A stretch of DNA of 63,614 bases, counting the filler, from Octopus bimaculoides (Eukaryota), in the NCBI RefSeq assembly GCF_001194135.2. It is 4 parts of 3 records of this genome, joined end to end, with 100 filler letters (N's around TTAATTAATTAA, not from the genome) between each part and the next. Parts side by side here need not be neighbours in the genome. Positions count along the whole stretch, not along the records: positions 47,439 to 62,372 come from NC_068983.1; positions 62,473 to 63,614 come from NW_026349573.1; 2 more parts are not named here. One strand, written 5' to 3'. Positions 51,860-63,614 of the stretch are shown here, one piece after another (positions within the stretch are counted from its first letter, which is position 1; every line of letters starts with the position of its first letter). The notes beneath the pieces were generated by a model, which saw nothing but the letters and a program-made list of their open reading frames with translations, searched no databases and had not been told where the DNA came from. The position numbers were made by a program, and so were the translations under genes.

Positions 51860-53440
51860 GAATTCACAAAAAAAAAACGAAAGACGAAGACAGGTGGTGT
51901 AGACAACAAACAGATGTATTAGTATAACTCTCGGTCAGTGAAAACGTCTTTAACGTTTCGAGCCTACGCTCTTCCACAGAAAGGAACACAGAAAGAAACA
52001 GGGAGAGAAAAAAAAGAATGTGTAGTGGCTCGCGATCTATCATGGCGAATTCCGGACAGAAGGGTCACACAGGCAGTAGAGGAGATAATAAAGTAGTGGT
52101 GATCCCAAAACGAAGGTGCGCGTGTGTGTGTATAAGAGAGTTCGTATGTGCTTGTGGAAGAGGGCTGGTGATCTTGACGTGTGCGTGTCTGTATGTGTAG
52201 GTGTGAAAATGTGGGGTTGGGAATTGGTCAGTGCTCGTGTGTGCGTGGTGGTGTGTTGTTATGTGATGTGTTGTGTGGTATGATGTAGTGGTGTGTGGTG
52301 TGATGGTGTTGGGAAGTGGGATATATATATATAAGAACTTACTGAAGACAAAGCTGCGTGGCGTTCGATTATAAATAAATAAAAAGTACATATTAAATAC
52401 AGGGCATAACGAACGGGTGAAAAATACGTAAACACACGAGAGATAAGTACAGGACAAAATAACAAAAATGCACAAGTACAGGGCATCACCAACTAGGGAA
52501 AATACGTAAAAACATAACGAGAGACGAGTACAGGACAAAATACCAGAAGAAGTCTAACTTCTCCTCAGTTGTTGACTGTTTATTACTCCATATTTCGTGC
52601 ATTCATCGACAAGATAGGAAAACTTCATATGACAGCAGCATCCAGAAATTTTAAGAATATAAAATTTGTGAAGAGTTAGGTCTTTCAGCGAAAAACAACA
52701 ACAGAGTGGACGTACAGAGTAAACAACCGACGAAGACAAACATTATGGGCCGTTGGGCCAAGACGAACTGTGATGGGTAACCTCTAGGGGAAATTTTGAA
52801 AGAATTTAGAATAAATAGAAGAAAATCTTAGAAGGGAAAAAGTGTCGGGAGGCGAAAGAAATGACGTCCAGATAGGTGGTCCAGAAAAGACACAGATGAC
52901 AGAAGAATGGCCTGTAGTCACGTGTAACCAACAAGCAAAAATTAAGGTGAACAAGAGAGAGGATGGGCGAAAGGGAGTAGGGAGAAGGGAGAAGGAACGA
53001 AAGATAGTAGAGAATGGAAATAAGACAGGGGACAGCGAAGGAGGGGAAAAACGAAAAATAAAGAGGAATATAGAGAGATAGAGAGAAAGAAAGAAAACAG
53101 TGTGGAGTCGCAGAAATTATATATAAATGTAAGAACTTACTATGAACAAGACTGCGTGGGGTTCGATTATCAATATATAGAAAAAAATACACATTAAGTA
53201 CAGGACATCATCAACGGGTGAAGAATACGTAAACACAGGCGGGATAAGTACAGGACAAAATAACTACGAGTTAGACTTCTTTTGGTATTTTGTTCTATAC
53301 TTGTCTCTCGCTATGTATTTACGCATTTTTCACTGCTTGGTGATTCCTGTATTTATTGTGCATTTTTTTGTATTTTGTTCTGTACTTATCTCTAGTGTGT
53401 TTACATATTTTTTACCTATTGATGATGTCCTGTACTTAAT
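51860..53440 (-). mobile_element. PLE-like terminal region with direct and inverted partial repeats
   Basis: 52320-52530 is repeated at 53110-53270 and inverted at 53280-53440; adjoins the hammerhead-like motif. Confidence 0.55.
51948..51983 (-). ncRNA. Candidate minimal type I hammerhead-like motif with non-canonical core
   Basis: CTTT-CTGTGGA-A-GAGC/GTAG/GCTC-GAAAC-GTT-AAAG; stem I, stem II and a palindromic stem III are present, with A6 replaced by U. Confidence 0.5.
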
Positions 53441-54109
53441 GTGTATTTTCTAATATTTTAAATTTACTTTTATTTTTATATATGTATATGCATATATGTA
53501 TAATACACACACACACATATAATACATTACATATGCATACACACATACACACACGTATATGTCTTCGAATTTTAGCATGAGTGTAGAAGAAAGATGACCA
53601 CGTGCGTGTATAATAGAATGTTTGTTGCATGAAAAATTCAAATATATAATTTTATGGTGATATACCTAAAAGCTGTCACATTAATTATTCAATTCTTAAT
53701 GCAATTCAGGAATTTACGTACAAATATATTTACTAATCATTGTTTCATAGCATTCTGAGGCAAAATCTTCTATCTAATTAGTGCAATCTTGGCACAACCA
53801 ATTCTATTTGGTGCGGTAAACGATTATGATAAAGATTATATAGAAACAACTGGGTGAGATTTCTAATAATTATATTTGGAAGTATATATTTCATGTTGAA
53901 CAAATGTTTTGCTTTGATTTAAAGGACATTAGCGTAGTGTTTTTTGGAGGCTGTTTAAAGTTATTTTGCTGTGTGAAGATGCTTTGTTGTGTGAAGCTCT
54001 TCGTTGGTATGTGTAATTTCTATTTGCTTCGCTTTAGTAAAGATTTTTATAAAAACGTTAGTACAACGAGAGTTGTTGACTTTTGTGGTGTTAGCTTTTT
54101 GTATGGTAT

Positions 54110-54187
<78 letters not shown>

Positions 54188-54724
54188 GGATTTGAGCATA
54201 TATAGATTTGTGAATAACCGGAATTAGAAAACTGCAATATCTTGTCATGGTAGCCATAATATGTCACTGGAAGGTCGATCACACCATTTGAATTAGATTA
54301 ACAGATGTCTTTGATAGGTGTTTTAATGGAATCTTTTACCATCGAAAGCTTCGAAAGCTAAATATCTCTGAAGGATTTACATTTTCAAAGCAACCCAGAA
54401 ACTTATCTGAAAACCGATTGTAGATAGTTATAATGAAATGAAATATTTTCTGTAGATATAGTTTATTCTTTTTGATGTCCTTGGATAAGCAGTTAAATAG
54501 CGGTATTTAAGCAACACAGTTCCTGGAATGAGTGACAGGCAAATGTCATCACATAAAGAGTTAATTGATAATAAATGGGAAATACAATACGATAATTTGT
54601 TGTCACTGCCAAGTGCGCTAAATGTTTCCTAAATCTACAGCACCTGTTCTTACGTCTTTTGCTGCAGCTGGTTTGAAATTTAGTTTGTGGTTATCAACTT
54701 CCTTTAAAGCGAAAGTAATTTGGT

Positions 54725-55195
54725 AGGTGGCGAGCTGGCAGAATTGTTAGCACATTGGACGAAATTTTTAGCTGTATTTCGCCTGTCGCAACGTTATGAG
54801 TTCAAATTCTGCCGAGGTCGACTTTGCCTTTTATCCTTTTGGGGTCGATAACTTAAGTACCAGTAAAACACTGAGTGGTCGATGTAAACGTTTATCCTCC
54901 ACCCCGAAATTTCAGGCCTTGTGCCTATAGTAGAAAGTATTAAATACCGTTTCCTGAGTTAATTTGAGTGCATCATTTATATTAAAAATATTGCTTTCAA
55001 ATTTTGGGATAAGACCAAGAATTTCAGATGAGAGAGCTAGCCGATTACATCGATTTAACAGACACTTATTTTATCGGCCCGAAAGGCTGAAAAGTAAAAT
55101 CCACCTTGGCGAAATTTGAACTCAGAAAATAAAGACGGACCAAATGCCACTAAGCACTTTATCGGTCGTGCTAACGATTATTCCAGTTCACTACC
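54725..55195. mobile_element. Two SINE family A copies in opposite orientation (54725-54940 +, 55000-55195 -)
   Basis: Family A body in both copies. Confidence 0.75.
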
Positions 55196-56351
55196 TTATT
55201 TCTTTCAAAAATACTAACAATCTATGTTGTGTCCTTAATCCTTGCAACTACGAGCTATCTTTTCTATTGCACCTATTTACAAATTGTTAGTGACTAAGTG
55301 TTAACTGACACTGTCAAGGACGTTTCATCAATAATGTGTTTATACAACCTAGAAAATGATGAAAGCCTTTAATGCATTTCAGTGATTTCGAAAAACCCAT
55401 GTGATCTTTCTACTAAAAGGAAAATTAATAATATGATTTCCAACACGTATTTTTAGAGGGATGGGTAAAATTGATGCAAACAATTCTTGTACGTGACCTG
55501 TAATCCTTTTATTGACCCCAGAAAGATGAAATGTGTTGGTCTCGACAAGAATTAAACATAGAACTTGAAGGTTATTCATTACTAGGAACAAAACACGGCA
55601 TTGAATCTGATGCTTCGCTGCTCCTTTTTATAACAGATTATATATCAAAATACCATTACAGTATATGATAAGTCATAAATAACAGAAGTATGACGTCTGA
55701 AGGAGAAATCATTATTAGTTCTGAAATGTAGTTCTAATTATTTGAATCCATTTAGAGATTTTATTTCAAATAAATTGAAATCTACGCTACAGTGTCAGAC
55801 ATTTTAAACCTTGTGGTAATATCTTAAACTACAAAACATCTGTGTTTGCAAATTAAATTCAGCTGCTAATATCATGATGATCAGTAAATTACTAATAATG
55901 TTGTTAATAATGAGATAATCTATCAAATGCGTGATATCTTTGCTTTTTAAAATATATATTGCTAAATGAAATTAATCTTAATAAGCTTATATATATTTAA
56001 CATTAGGAGAAATAAACTGTTTGTATGTGCTAGGTGTCAACTGTAGTCGTATATGAAATCACGAGTAAACATCGAATTGTATATAACAAACACTATATTA
56101 ATCCTTATACCCACTGGTTTTATATAATTAATTAGTATATAACAGGAACTACGCTAGAAATTTTTCCTTCGGGGAATGATCTGTCGGTTATGTGGCACCC
56201 CTGTATTTTATTTGTACTAACATTATCATCGACCCTAAAATGACAGAAAGAAAAGTGGAATTTGAAAGTACAACGTAAAAGTAGTAATCTAATATCCCTA
56301 AGTACGTTCTCTTCTATCCGGAAGAAATTTGCCCTTAATATTGAATAAGTT

Positions 56352-56555
56352 AGGCTGCGAGCTGGCAGAATCGTTAGCAAGCCGGACGAAATGCTTAGCG
56401 GTATTACGTCTGTCTTTACGTTCTGAGTTCAAATTCTGCCGAGGTCGACTTTGCTTTCCATCCTTTTGGATCAATAAATTAAGTACCAGTTGCGTACTGC
56501 GATCGATGTAATCGACTGGCCTACTCCCCCAAAACTTCGAACCTTGTGCGTAGAC
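56352..56555 (+). mobile_element. SINE family A
   Basis: CpG-retaining copy. Confidence 0.85.
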
Positions 56556-56609
56556 GTTATTTAAATTATTTACAATTGACTGATACTTGTCCTCATCTTG
56601 TTTGTTGTT

Positions 56610-56656
56610 AACACAACGTTTCGGCTGATATAACCCTCCAGCTTTCATTAGGTGTC
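56610..56656 (-). ncRNA. PLE-type minimal hammerhead relic (G5 to A core change)
   Basis: GACAC-CTAATGA-A-AGCTG..CAGCC-GAAAC-GTT-GTGTT; stem I GACAC/GTGTT and palindromic AACGTT stem III. Confidence 0.55.
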
Positions 56657-57761
56657 TTGGGGACACCTAATCGGAAACTTTTGAGACAGGTCTCTGCTGT
56701 CCATCAGTGTCATGGTGCGATGGACAGACTAAAAATGCTCGGTGTCTAGTTTGTTTCAGATTTTCAGGAGTAGAGGGACCGGAGTAAGGTGACAGTCAGT
56801 CAAAGTCGACTTACTCGGTGACATCAGTTGACGCAACTAACTGAACAGTAATATCCGGAGAAATAGTTCTGGCACCTCAGATGACTTGGTTCCCATCTTC
56901 AATAAAATAATTGATTCTCTTATGGGCTCTTGCTGAAATTTATTTCTTTCGTTTTATCAAGGGTAATTGCTGCCTTATCTATACGGATTTGTGAATCTGC
57001 AATTATATAGAACATCTTGGATTTAACCTCTTTATATGTCACTTGGTATGAAGCAAAAAGTAATGGTTTCTCAAAAGAAACGAAACTCAAATTTGGAATT
57101 CTTTCATATGTAAAACGAACACTTGATGTTCAATGATCCTCCTACATAACATACTTCAATATCAGCTCTTGAAGTAGTCATTATTCGATTTCCATTTGAT
57201 ATAATGAAGCGTTATTCTGCGATCTGCAAAAAATGAAAGTAAAAATTCGGTCTTATTTATCTGTACATTCAGCACATTTAGACAAAGTCTATGTTCAAAC
57301 AATGCAACTATATAAATAAAATTCAAATGATACATAGAAGGGATCTTTTATAATTCAAGACTAGAACTCAGTACTTGTAAATTCAAACACACAGTAACAC
57401 CTAAGCCCACTCACAAACACTCGCCCATTGACTGCCATGTTGTTACACCCATACGTAAATTCCATGGCAAAAATCGTTTGATTCTTATACCAACAACCGC
57501 CCTACATTCACCATGTAAAATTGTGAACAGCAAGCAAAACTCATCTCAGTCTTTCAGTCCGTAGTCCAGCAGGCAACAACATAGAGACATATTCGGACAT
57601 TAGTCTGCCTTCAGCTTTCTGTCATTGGGTAACCTATTAATAATTGTCTTACCCGTTCTTTTAAAGTTACTCTCACGCACTTTTAGAGAATCTTAAAATT
57701 TTCTTAACTTTAGGTTACAACAGACATATAAACATACAGTTAATGTACACAGTTGTTGTTG

Positions 57762-58137
57762 GCACTCTGTCGCTTACGACGTCGAGGGTTCCAGTTGATC
57801 CGATCAACGGAACAGCCTGCTCGTGAAATTAACGTGCAAGTGGCTGAGCACGCTACAGACCTGTGTACCCTTAACGTATTTCTCGGGGATATTCAGCGTG
57901 ACACAGTATGGCAAGGTTGACTCTTTGAATCACAGGCACAACAGAAACAGGAAGTAAGAGTGAGAGAAAGTTGTGGTGAAAGAGTACAGCAGGGTTCGCT
58001 GCTATCCCCTGGCGGAGCCTCGTGGAGCTTTAGGTGTTTTCGCTCAATAAATACTCACAATGCCCGGTCTGGGAATCGAAACTGCGATCCTATGACCGCG
58101 AGTCCGCTGCCCTAACCACTGGGCTATTGCGCCTCCA
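57762..58137 (-). mobile_element. SINE family D, full length
   Basis: Head TGGAGGCGCAATAGCCCAGTGGTTAGG...GTTTCGATTCCC (A and B boxes); (CAA)n tail. Confidence 0.88.
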
Positions 58138-58957
58138 CTGTACACAGTATAGAAAGAACATACCATCCATCTCAAAATATTATCGCTATAGTTTATAAAT
58201 TGTACGTCCGTTTATACTTCAATGAGTTACGTTCGCTGTAACTGACACAACGTTTTGAGATATTTAATATTAGCAAATAAGAGACCAATATTTTATAGAC
58301 AGACACTTCTCATTTATTTCCAATTTTATTTTCCCTCTATTTGATATTTCAATTGTTCTTCTCAATCAATTTTATGATTCGTTAAAGATTTAAGAGGAGC
58401 AAAAATCATAAGGTAATTTTGCTTATAAAAATATCGTTTGAAACAATAAATGTCACATAAATCGAGAATAACGTTTTAATTGCAATCATCCTTGTGCATC
58501 AGTAGATTATACTGCATCATTTACCTTAGTAAGAAGTCTTGGAGGAAATAAAGCAAAGAATTTTATATATCTGATCCTGCTATAAAATATTAAATGTTTT
58601 TTAATGTATGAAATAGCTAAAGCTGCTTAAAATGAAAGTATCATCCTTGATTAAGGTATGAAAACATTCTGAAATAACTAACATTTCAGAATCTCTCAGA
58701 GCAATGTCACTAAAGTAATCTATAAAAATATGCTGAATGACATCCACATAATGCCCTAGTATTATTAAACCTGACAGATGAAACAAGAAGGGAACAAAAT
58801 TATAACATGAATTAAGCTTACAATAATATTAAAAAACATGTGAAAACTTCATTTTGATTGTAGACATTACTGCAAAAAAAAAAAAAAAAAAAAATAAATG
58901 AAATGAAAAGTTATTGTTGAAAAGTGGGCAACGTTAAGGGAAATGTTTTGTTAGATA

Positions 58958-59173
58958 CGAGAGGTGCTGAAAAGTTCCTGGCTTTAAGGGTATCACGAAA
59001 GGCCTGATTGGAAGCTCAACTTTCCGAGTTGTATTACAGGGCTTAGAAAAACTGAATGACATCTACAATAAGTCTGTGAATCTGAGAGGGAGATATGTTG
59101 AAGAAAATCATAATTAACTAATTATCCTGTATTTTCCTTTACCCAAAACCAGAAACTTTTCAGAACACCCTCG
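58958..59173. mobile_element. Tc1/mariner MITE
   Basis: TA|CGAGAGGTGCTGAAAAGTTCCTGG ... CCAGAAACTTTTCAGAACACCCTCG|TA: imperfect TIRs with TA TSD. Confidence 0.88.
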
Positions 59174-59667
59174 TATATTGTTATTACGGAACAGTAAATC
59201 AATCGTTTATATTATATGGTGTTTAGATATACTTAGTTGCCTTTGCTACCCCAAAATATATTACTGACCATTCTAAGTTATATTCATTAGTTCATTCCCG
59301 TTTCCTTTATGAAAATTATCTAGGCTATAAATATATTTTAATCTTTTTTGTATATGTATCTCATGTTATCCCTAAAAGACAGCCGTATGATCTTATATTT
59401 AGCAGATCATCGGTTTATGTGACCCTCCCCACCAGCAGTTGCAGGGTTAAATCTAGGTATATAGTATAATAAAGTTCTTCATATGCTGAATAGAATAAAG
59501 TATTTTTAAAGAATTAGTTAATATTCTGAAAAAGTTTCCCCATGTTTTCCATTCACTGAATTACCAACTGGAACCTTTACTATAGAAGAATAAATCTACA
59601 ATCATATAGAAATGTATACTCACTTATATATTTAGTTCTAATTATGTCCGAATAGCGATCGATTAAG

Positions 59668-59730
59668 GAAAGAAGAATTAGAAAGAAAGAAGAATTAGAA
59701 AGAAAGAAGAATTAGAAAGAAAGAAGAATT
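59668..59730. repeat. 17-bp tandem repeat, about four copies
   Basis: GAAAGAAAGAAGAATTA units. Confidence 0.85.
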
Positions 59731-60749
59731 ATAAAGCATGACAGCATGACCTCACCAAAATAAATTAGTTGTTTGTGAAGTGAAATTTTTCCTACCAAAG
59801 ACCTCGCGTTTTCGATTTTACTAGAGCTTAAACCTTAGCCTGCTTAGTTCAGATTTTTAAGAGTTGCAAATGGAATTTGATTATAATTTACATATTTATA
59901 AATTCAAAATATAATTTCCTTAAATCCCATTTTTACTTGTCATTTATTGAACATAAACATTAACCTGCTCTGACAGATATGAATATTTGAAGCATAAATG
60001 CATAGTATAAACGATTTTTATTTTTCGAAATAACTATTATCTTCTGAGAAACCCCACTTTCTCAGTTAGGATTCGTTTCCATTTACCTGCCGCGTAAAAA
60101 TCTGAGAATCTCATTAATGTCAATGTAATATTTGTATAATTTTTCCTGGTTTCAGCATCAACAGTTCCAATATTTGCGAGATGAATTCAAAATGAATTAA
60201 GTCACTCTATTTTTCAATGACATTAAACAGCCCATTTAATTTCCTTATTGCCTCCCAGTACAATTTCTATGAACATATAATCCTCTTATCAAAGTGAACT
60301 ATAAAAGGCAAACGAAATCGTTTCTGGTAATTGTATTTTAAAACCATACGCTGCCACATTCTTCTATTATAGATATATTAATTATAATTTTTTTAATAAA
60401 ATGACATAGAGGAAGGAGATGTTCATATAACCGTTAAAATGAAATAAATATAGTTCATAACTTCTTGAAACATTACAGAAATACACAGGCAGGGAAGTAA
60501 TTTCAAAGAGAAAACGTCACGTAAATCAAAGATAGTAGCATGGTTGAAGAGGTGTTTAGGGGAATTGATACAATATAAGTGATGAAAGTTGGAGAAATGA
60601 ATGTGTTGAGTGGACATGAGTCGAAGTAAAACTAGACCTTTCAAAGAGCAGTGGATCTTACGTATTCACTACCATGGTAGATTGTAACAGTTTATTTAGG
60701 CTGTAAGTTTTATTCTGGGGCAGCGCTAAATTTCTATCATGAGGGTATC

Positions 60750-61020
60750 AACTAACCATTTCACTTTGTCTTCCAAGTTAAGACGGTCCCCCGGACCCAG
60801 AAAATTTTTTTAGGGCCCTTGCCCTTTCGGCCAAGCAAAGTTTGCATCGTCTGCTTCCGTTTGGGTGTGGTTCAAATCGCTCTGGGAGCCTGTGTTTAAT
60901 CCTGAATGGGGTTCACTCTTCTTTAAACATATGCAGTTGGCCAAAGGTGTAGCTTTGAATTTGAATTTCTCGGGAATTATAAAAGGAGACGCGTACTTAT
61001 TTAGTTGCAGCTTAAAAGGA
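60750..61020 (-). mobile_element. Penelope GIY-YIG C-terminal remnant (inverted copy)
   Basis: Minus strand NGSRRCKLCLAERAR...RLN, similar to 61410-61600. Confidence 0.65.
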
Positions 61021-61139
61021 TTTTCTGTTTATATAACATATTTCCGTGCATGCGTCCTTACGTCATTGGTGCGATAATTTAATAGATACAACTTAATGGT
61101 CTCCTTCAGCTGTGCGCCCAGCGTAAAAAATATTTTAGT

Positions 61140-61720
61140 AGACGCTCCTAAATACAACACGGAGGCAGGATACTCATGTAGGGCCAATTGTAAGTGCCCA
61201 GCAGGCGCTCGATGTAACTCAGAGGCTGTAGTCTACGAGATCAGAGGTGGTACTTTGGAGTAACAACATCAACGGGGCAAAAGCGGTGAAGGCAGCAGCA
61301 CCACCACCAATACTAACATCGTAAGGATACATATATGTTAGATAACGGAGGTCTTCTTAAGCTGTGACGGAATAACCACAAATCTTCTTCTGGGACCCCA
61401 GAGAAGTACAATGTTACGTCTTTGGCCAACTATAAATGGCATTTAAAAGAAAAGTACAAGTTATATAAAATTAAATGGAAGTTCCTGGAACAGCCCCAAC
61501 GGAAGCAGACGATGCAAACTCTGCTTGGCGGAGAGGGTAAGGATCCTACAAAATTCACTTGATCGAGGAGGGGGGGCTTCTTAAATTAAAAACAGGTGTT
61601 TAGTTGATGCCCTCATTATAGAAAATTCGCGTTGAAAAGCATGGGCTTGCTGACATAAGCTAGCCTTTTCGGACACAATTGAAACCGTTCAAAGGGAGAT
61701 AACATATGAACAACTGACCG
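61140..61720 (+). mobile_element. Penelope GIY-YIG endonuclease remnant
   Basis: CRANCKCPAGARCNSEAVVY, TSLANYKWHLKEK..KIKWKFL, RRCKLCLAER and CPHYRKF, frameshifted. Confidence 0.75.
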
Positions 61721-63614
61721 GTTATGTGTGCGTGTGCATGCGTGCGTGCGTGCGCGCGTGTGTAAACTCTTTAGGGATGGTAATATACAGTATTAGATTA
61801 GTACTGTATTTTGCTATCCCTGGCAACATTGACCACAGTAGGTTTTGAACTCGGAAGAATTACTGCTAGACAGTTTTTTTTTTCATTTGACGCTCTAATG
61901 ATTCTGCCAACTTACAGCATTGTTACAGTGACATAGCATGAGGTATCCTACATAAATCCCCGTTCGGGATTTCACACTCCCCGTCGAGTGGCGACTAGGG
62001 TCCTTGCAGAAATTAATTTTATTTGTGATTGCTGTTTAAACAAGTGGGTAATTAACAACGTGTGAATAAAAGAAAAAGAAGAAACAGATTTTGAATTCTT
62101 TTCAGAATATTCAAATTTCTATAACATGATATCTTTGAAAAGGTTGGAGTTTAAACATATTAGTTCGAAGCCGTATTGAGTTTATGGTAGAACAGTGAAA
62201 TCTATATAACAATCAGCTTGTTCGTTCGTCCGTTATGCTTTAGTTAGTTAGAGAGGTAGATGTGGAGTGAGTGAGAAGTGGAGTTAAAGAGTGAGTGCGT
62301 GTGTGTGTGTGTGTGTGTGTGGGAGAGAGAGAGAGAAAGAGAGAGAGAGGGATATATATATATATATATATANNNNNNNNNNNNNNNNNNNNNNNNNNNN
62401 NNNNNNNNNNNNNNNNTTAATTAATTAANNNNNNNNNNNNNNNNNNNNNNNNNNNNNNNNNNNNNNNNNNNNAGTGTTTCGGTACCAAAAACACTACATG
62501 AAACATAAATGAAAAGTGGTGCCCGTCAATTCAGAAAGATCCTCAACTCTTTCTACCCCACCATCACCACCGTCTTTTTCCTTTAAACTTTAAATTTCAT
62601 CATAAAAAAAAAGAAAGTGCATTTGATATGTGTTTGACCCAGTAAGTCTTTTTAAGTGTCGTCAATTCGACGAAAGATTATATCCGTGGAGATGGACTTT
62701 AATTTGAATGTCATTAATAACCCCACAACAGATGGAAAGCATTTGGGTGAGACAATAAACGGTGTTGTGGCACAATGTTTCGTCCTTTCTTTTTCTGCTT
62801 GACCGAGTTATGTGTGTGCATGTCTGTCTGCTTGTATATGCAGGAATTTGCACTGTACATTTACATATGCATTCCAAAGCATACATGCGTGCATTTATGA
62901 GTATATATGCATATATTTATATGCATGAACGAGCATATGTAGGCCTGCATGAGTATACATAAGCATAAGGGTGGACTACTCCAACGAAGTCGCGTATTGT
63001 CCTTGCCTTCGAAACGCGGAATAGATGGAGCAGGGACAACTGAAGAAGGGTAATATTCTTTATGTTGCATGTTTCGTTTCTCTGTTTGTTTGTTTGTTTT
63101 TTTTTTTTTTTGTTGTTGTTTGAAAAAAAAGTTCGTTTTCTGTCTTCGTATTTGTGTTTTCGTTTCTCATTGTGTTTAACTGTTTTGTGATGTCTTGTAC
63201 CCATATATGCTTGTATGTATACATATAGATGTCGGTATGTACATATATGTATGGATATATGCATATAATTATATATTATTTATGTTATATGATCGAACGC
63301 CTCGTATTGCCTCCAAGTAAGTTTTATCTTAATATTTTCTAGTGTGCACTCTACTACTATTGCTATCACTTCACTGTCTATATCTCTCTCCGTCTCTTGT
63401 TCTTCATCCTTTCTGTTTTTCTCTCCCCTCCCCCGATTCTTCTCTTCCTTTCACCGTTTCCTCTCTCACTCTTTCTCCTTGACCCTCTCGTCGCTGACAC
63501 GTGACGAAAGGGATTCTTTCTTTCTACTTCCTGCCTTCCTACAGAAAAGAAGTGAATTTTTTTCTCTCTCATTCACATCTAACTTCGCGTTCAAAATAAT
63601 TTTTCTATCGTCTT

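Overview
AT-rich, repeat-dense eukaryotic DNA. The SINE/LINE families and microsatellite load suggest an octopus (coleoid cephalopod) draft assembly; this is inference, not a database result. Two spliced protein-coding genes are supported. One is the last two exons of a pirin-family gene (+, 3097-3191 and 7636-7755). The other is a complete 3-exon SPMAP1/C17orf98 (DUF4542) orthologue (-, 24836-14567, 165 aa) with a candidate RFX X-box upstream. The rest is SINEs, RTE and R4-like LINE remnants, Penelope-like element (PLE) remnants, MITEs with clear TIRs and TSDs, microsatellites and ten assembly gaps. Almost all supplied ORFs are microsatellite, N-run or TE artefacts. The most unusual signals are these: several minimal hammerhead-ribozyme-like motifs (one with an intact core inside a 64-bp hairpin, plus a family with a CUGU-N-GA core variant); a recurring 'ribozyme 3' half plus inverted tail copy' architecture; a pirin C-terminus unlike the vertebrate type; a MITE with a 6-bp TSD and telomere-like repeats; and a possible twin-primed RTE insertion.
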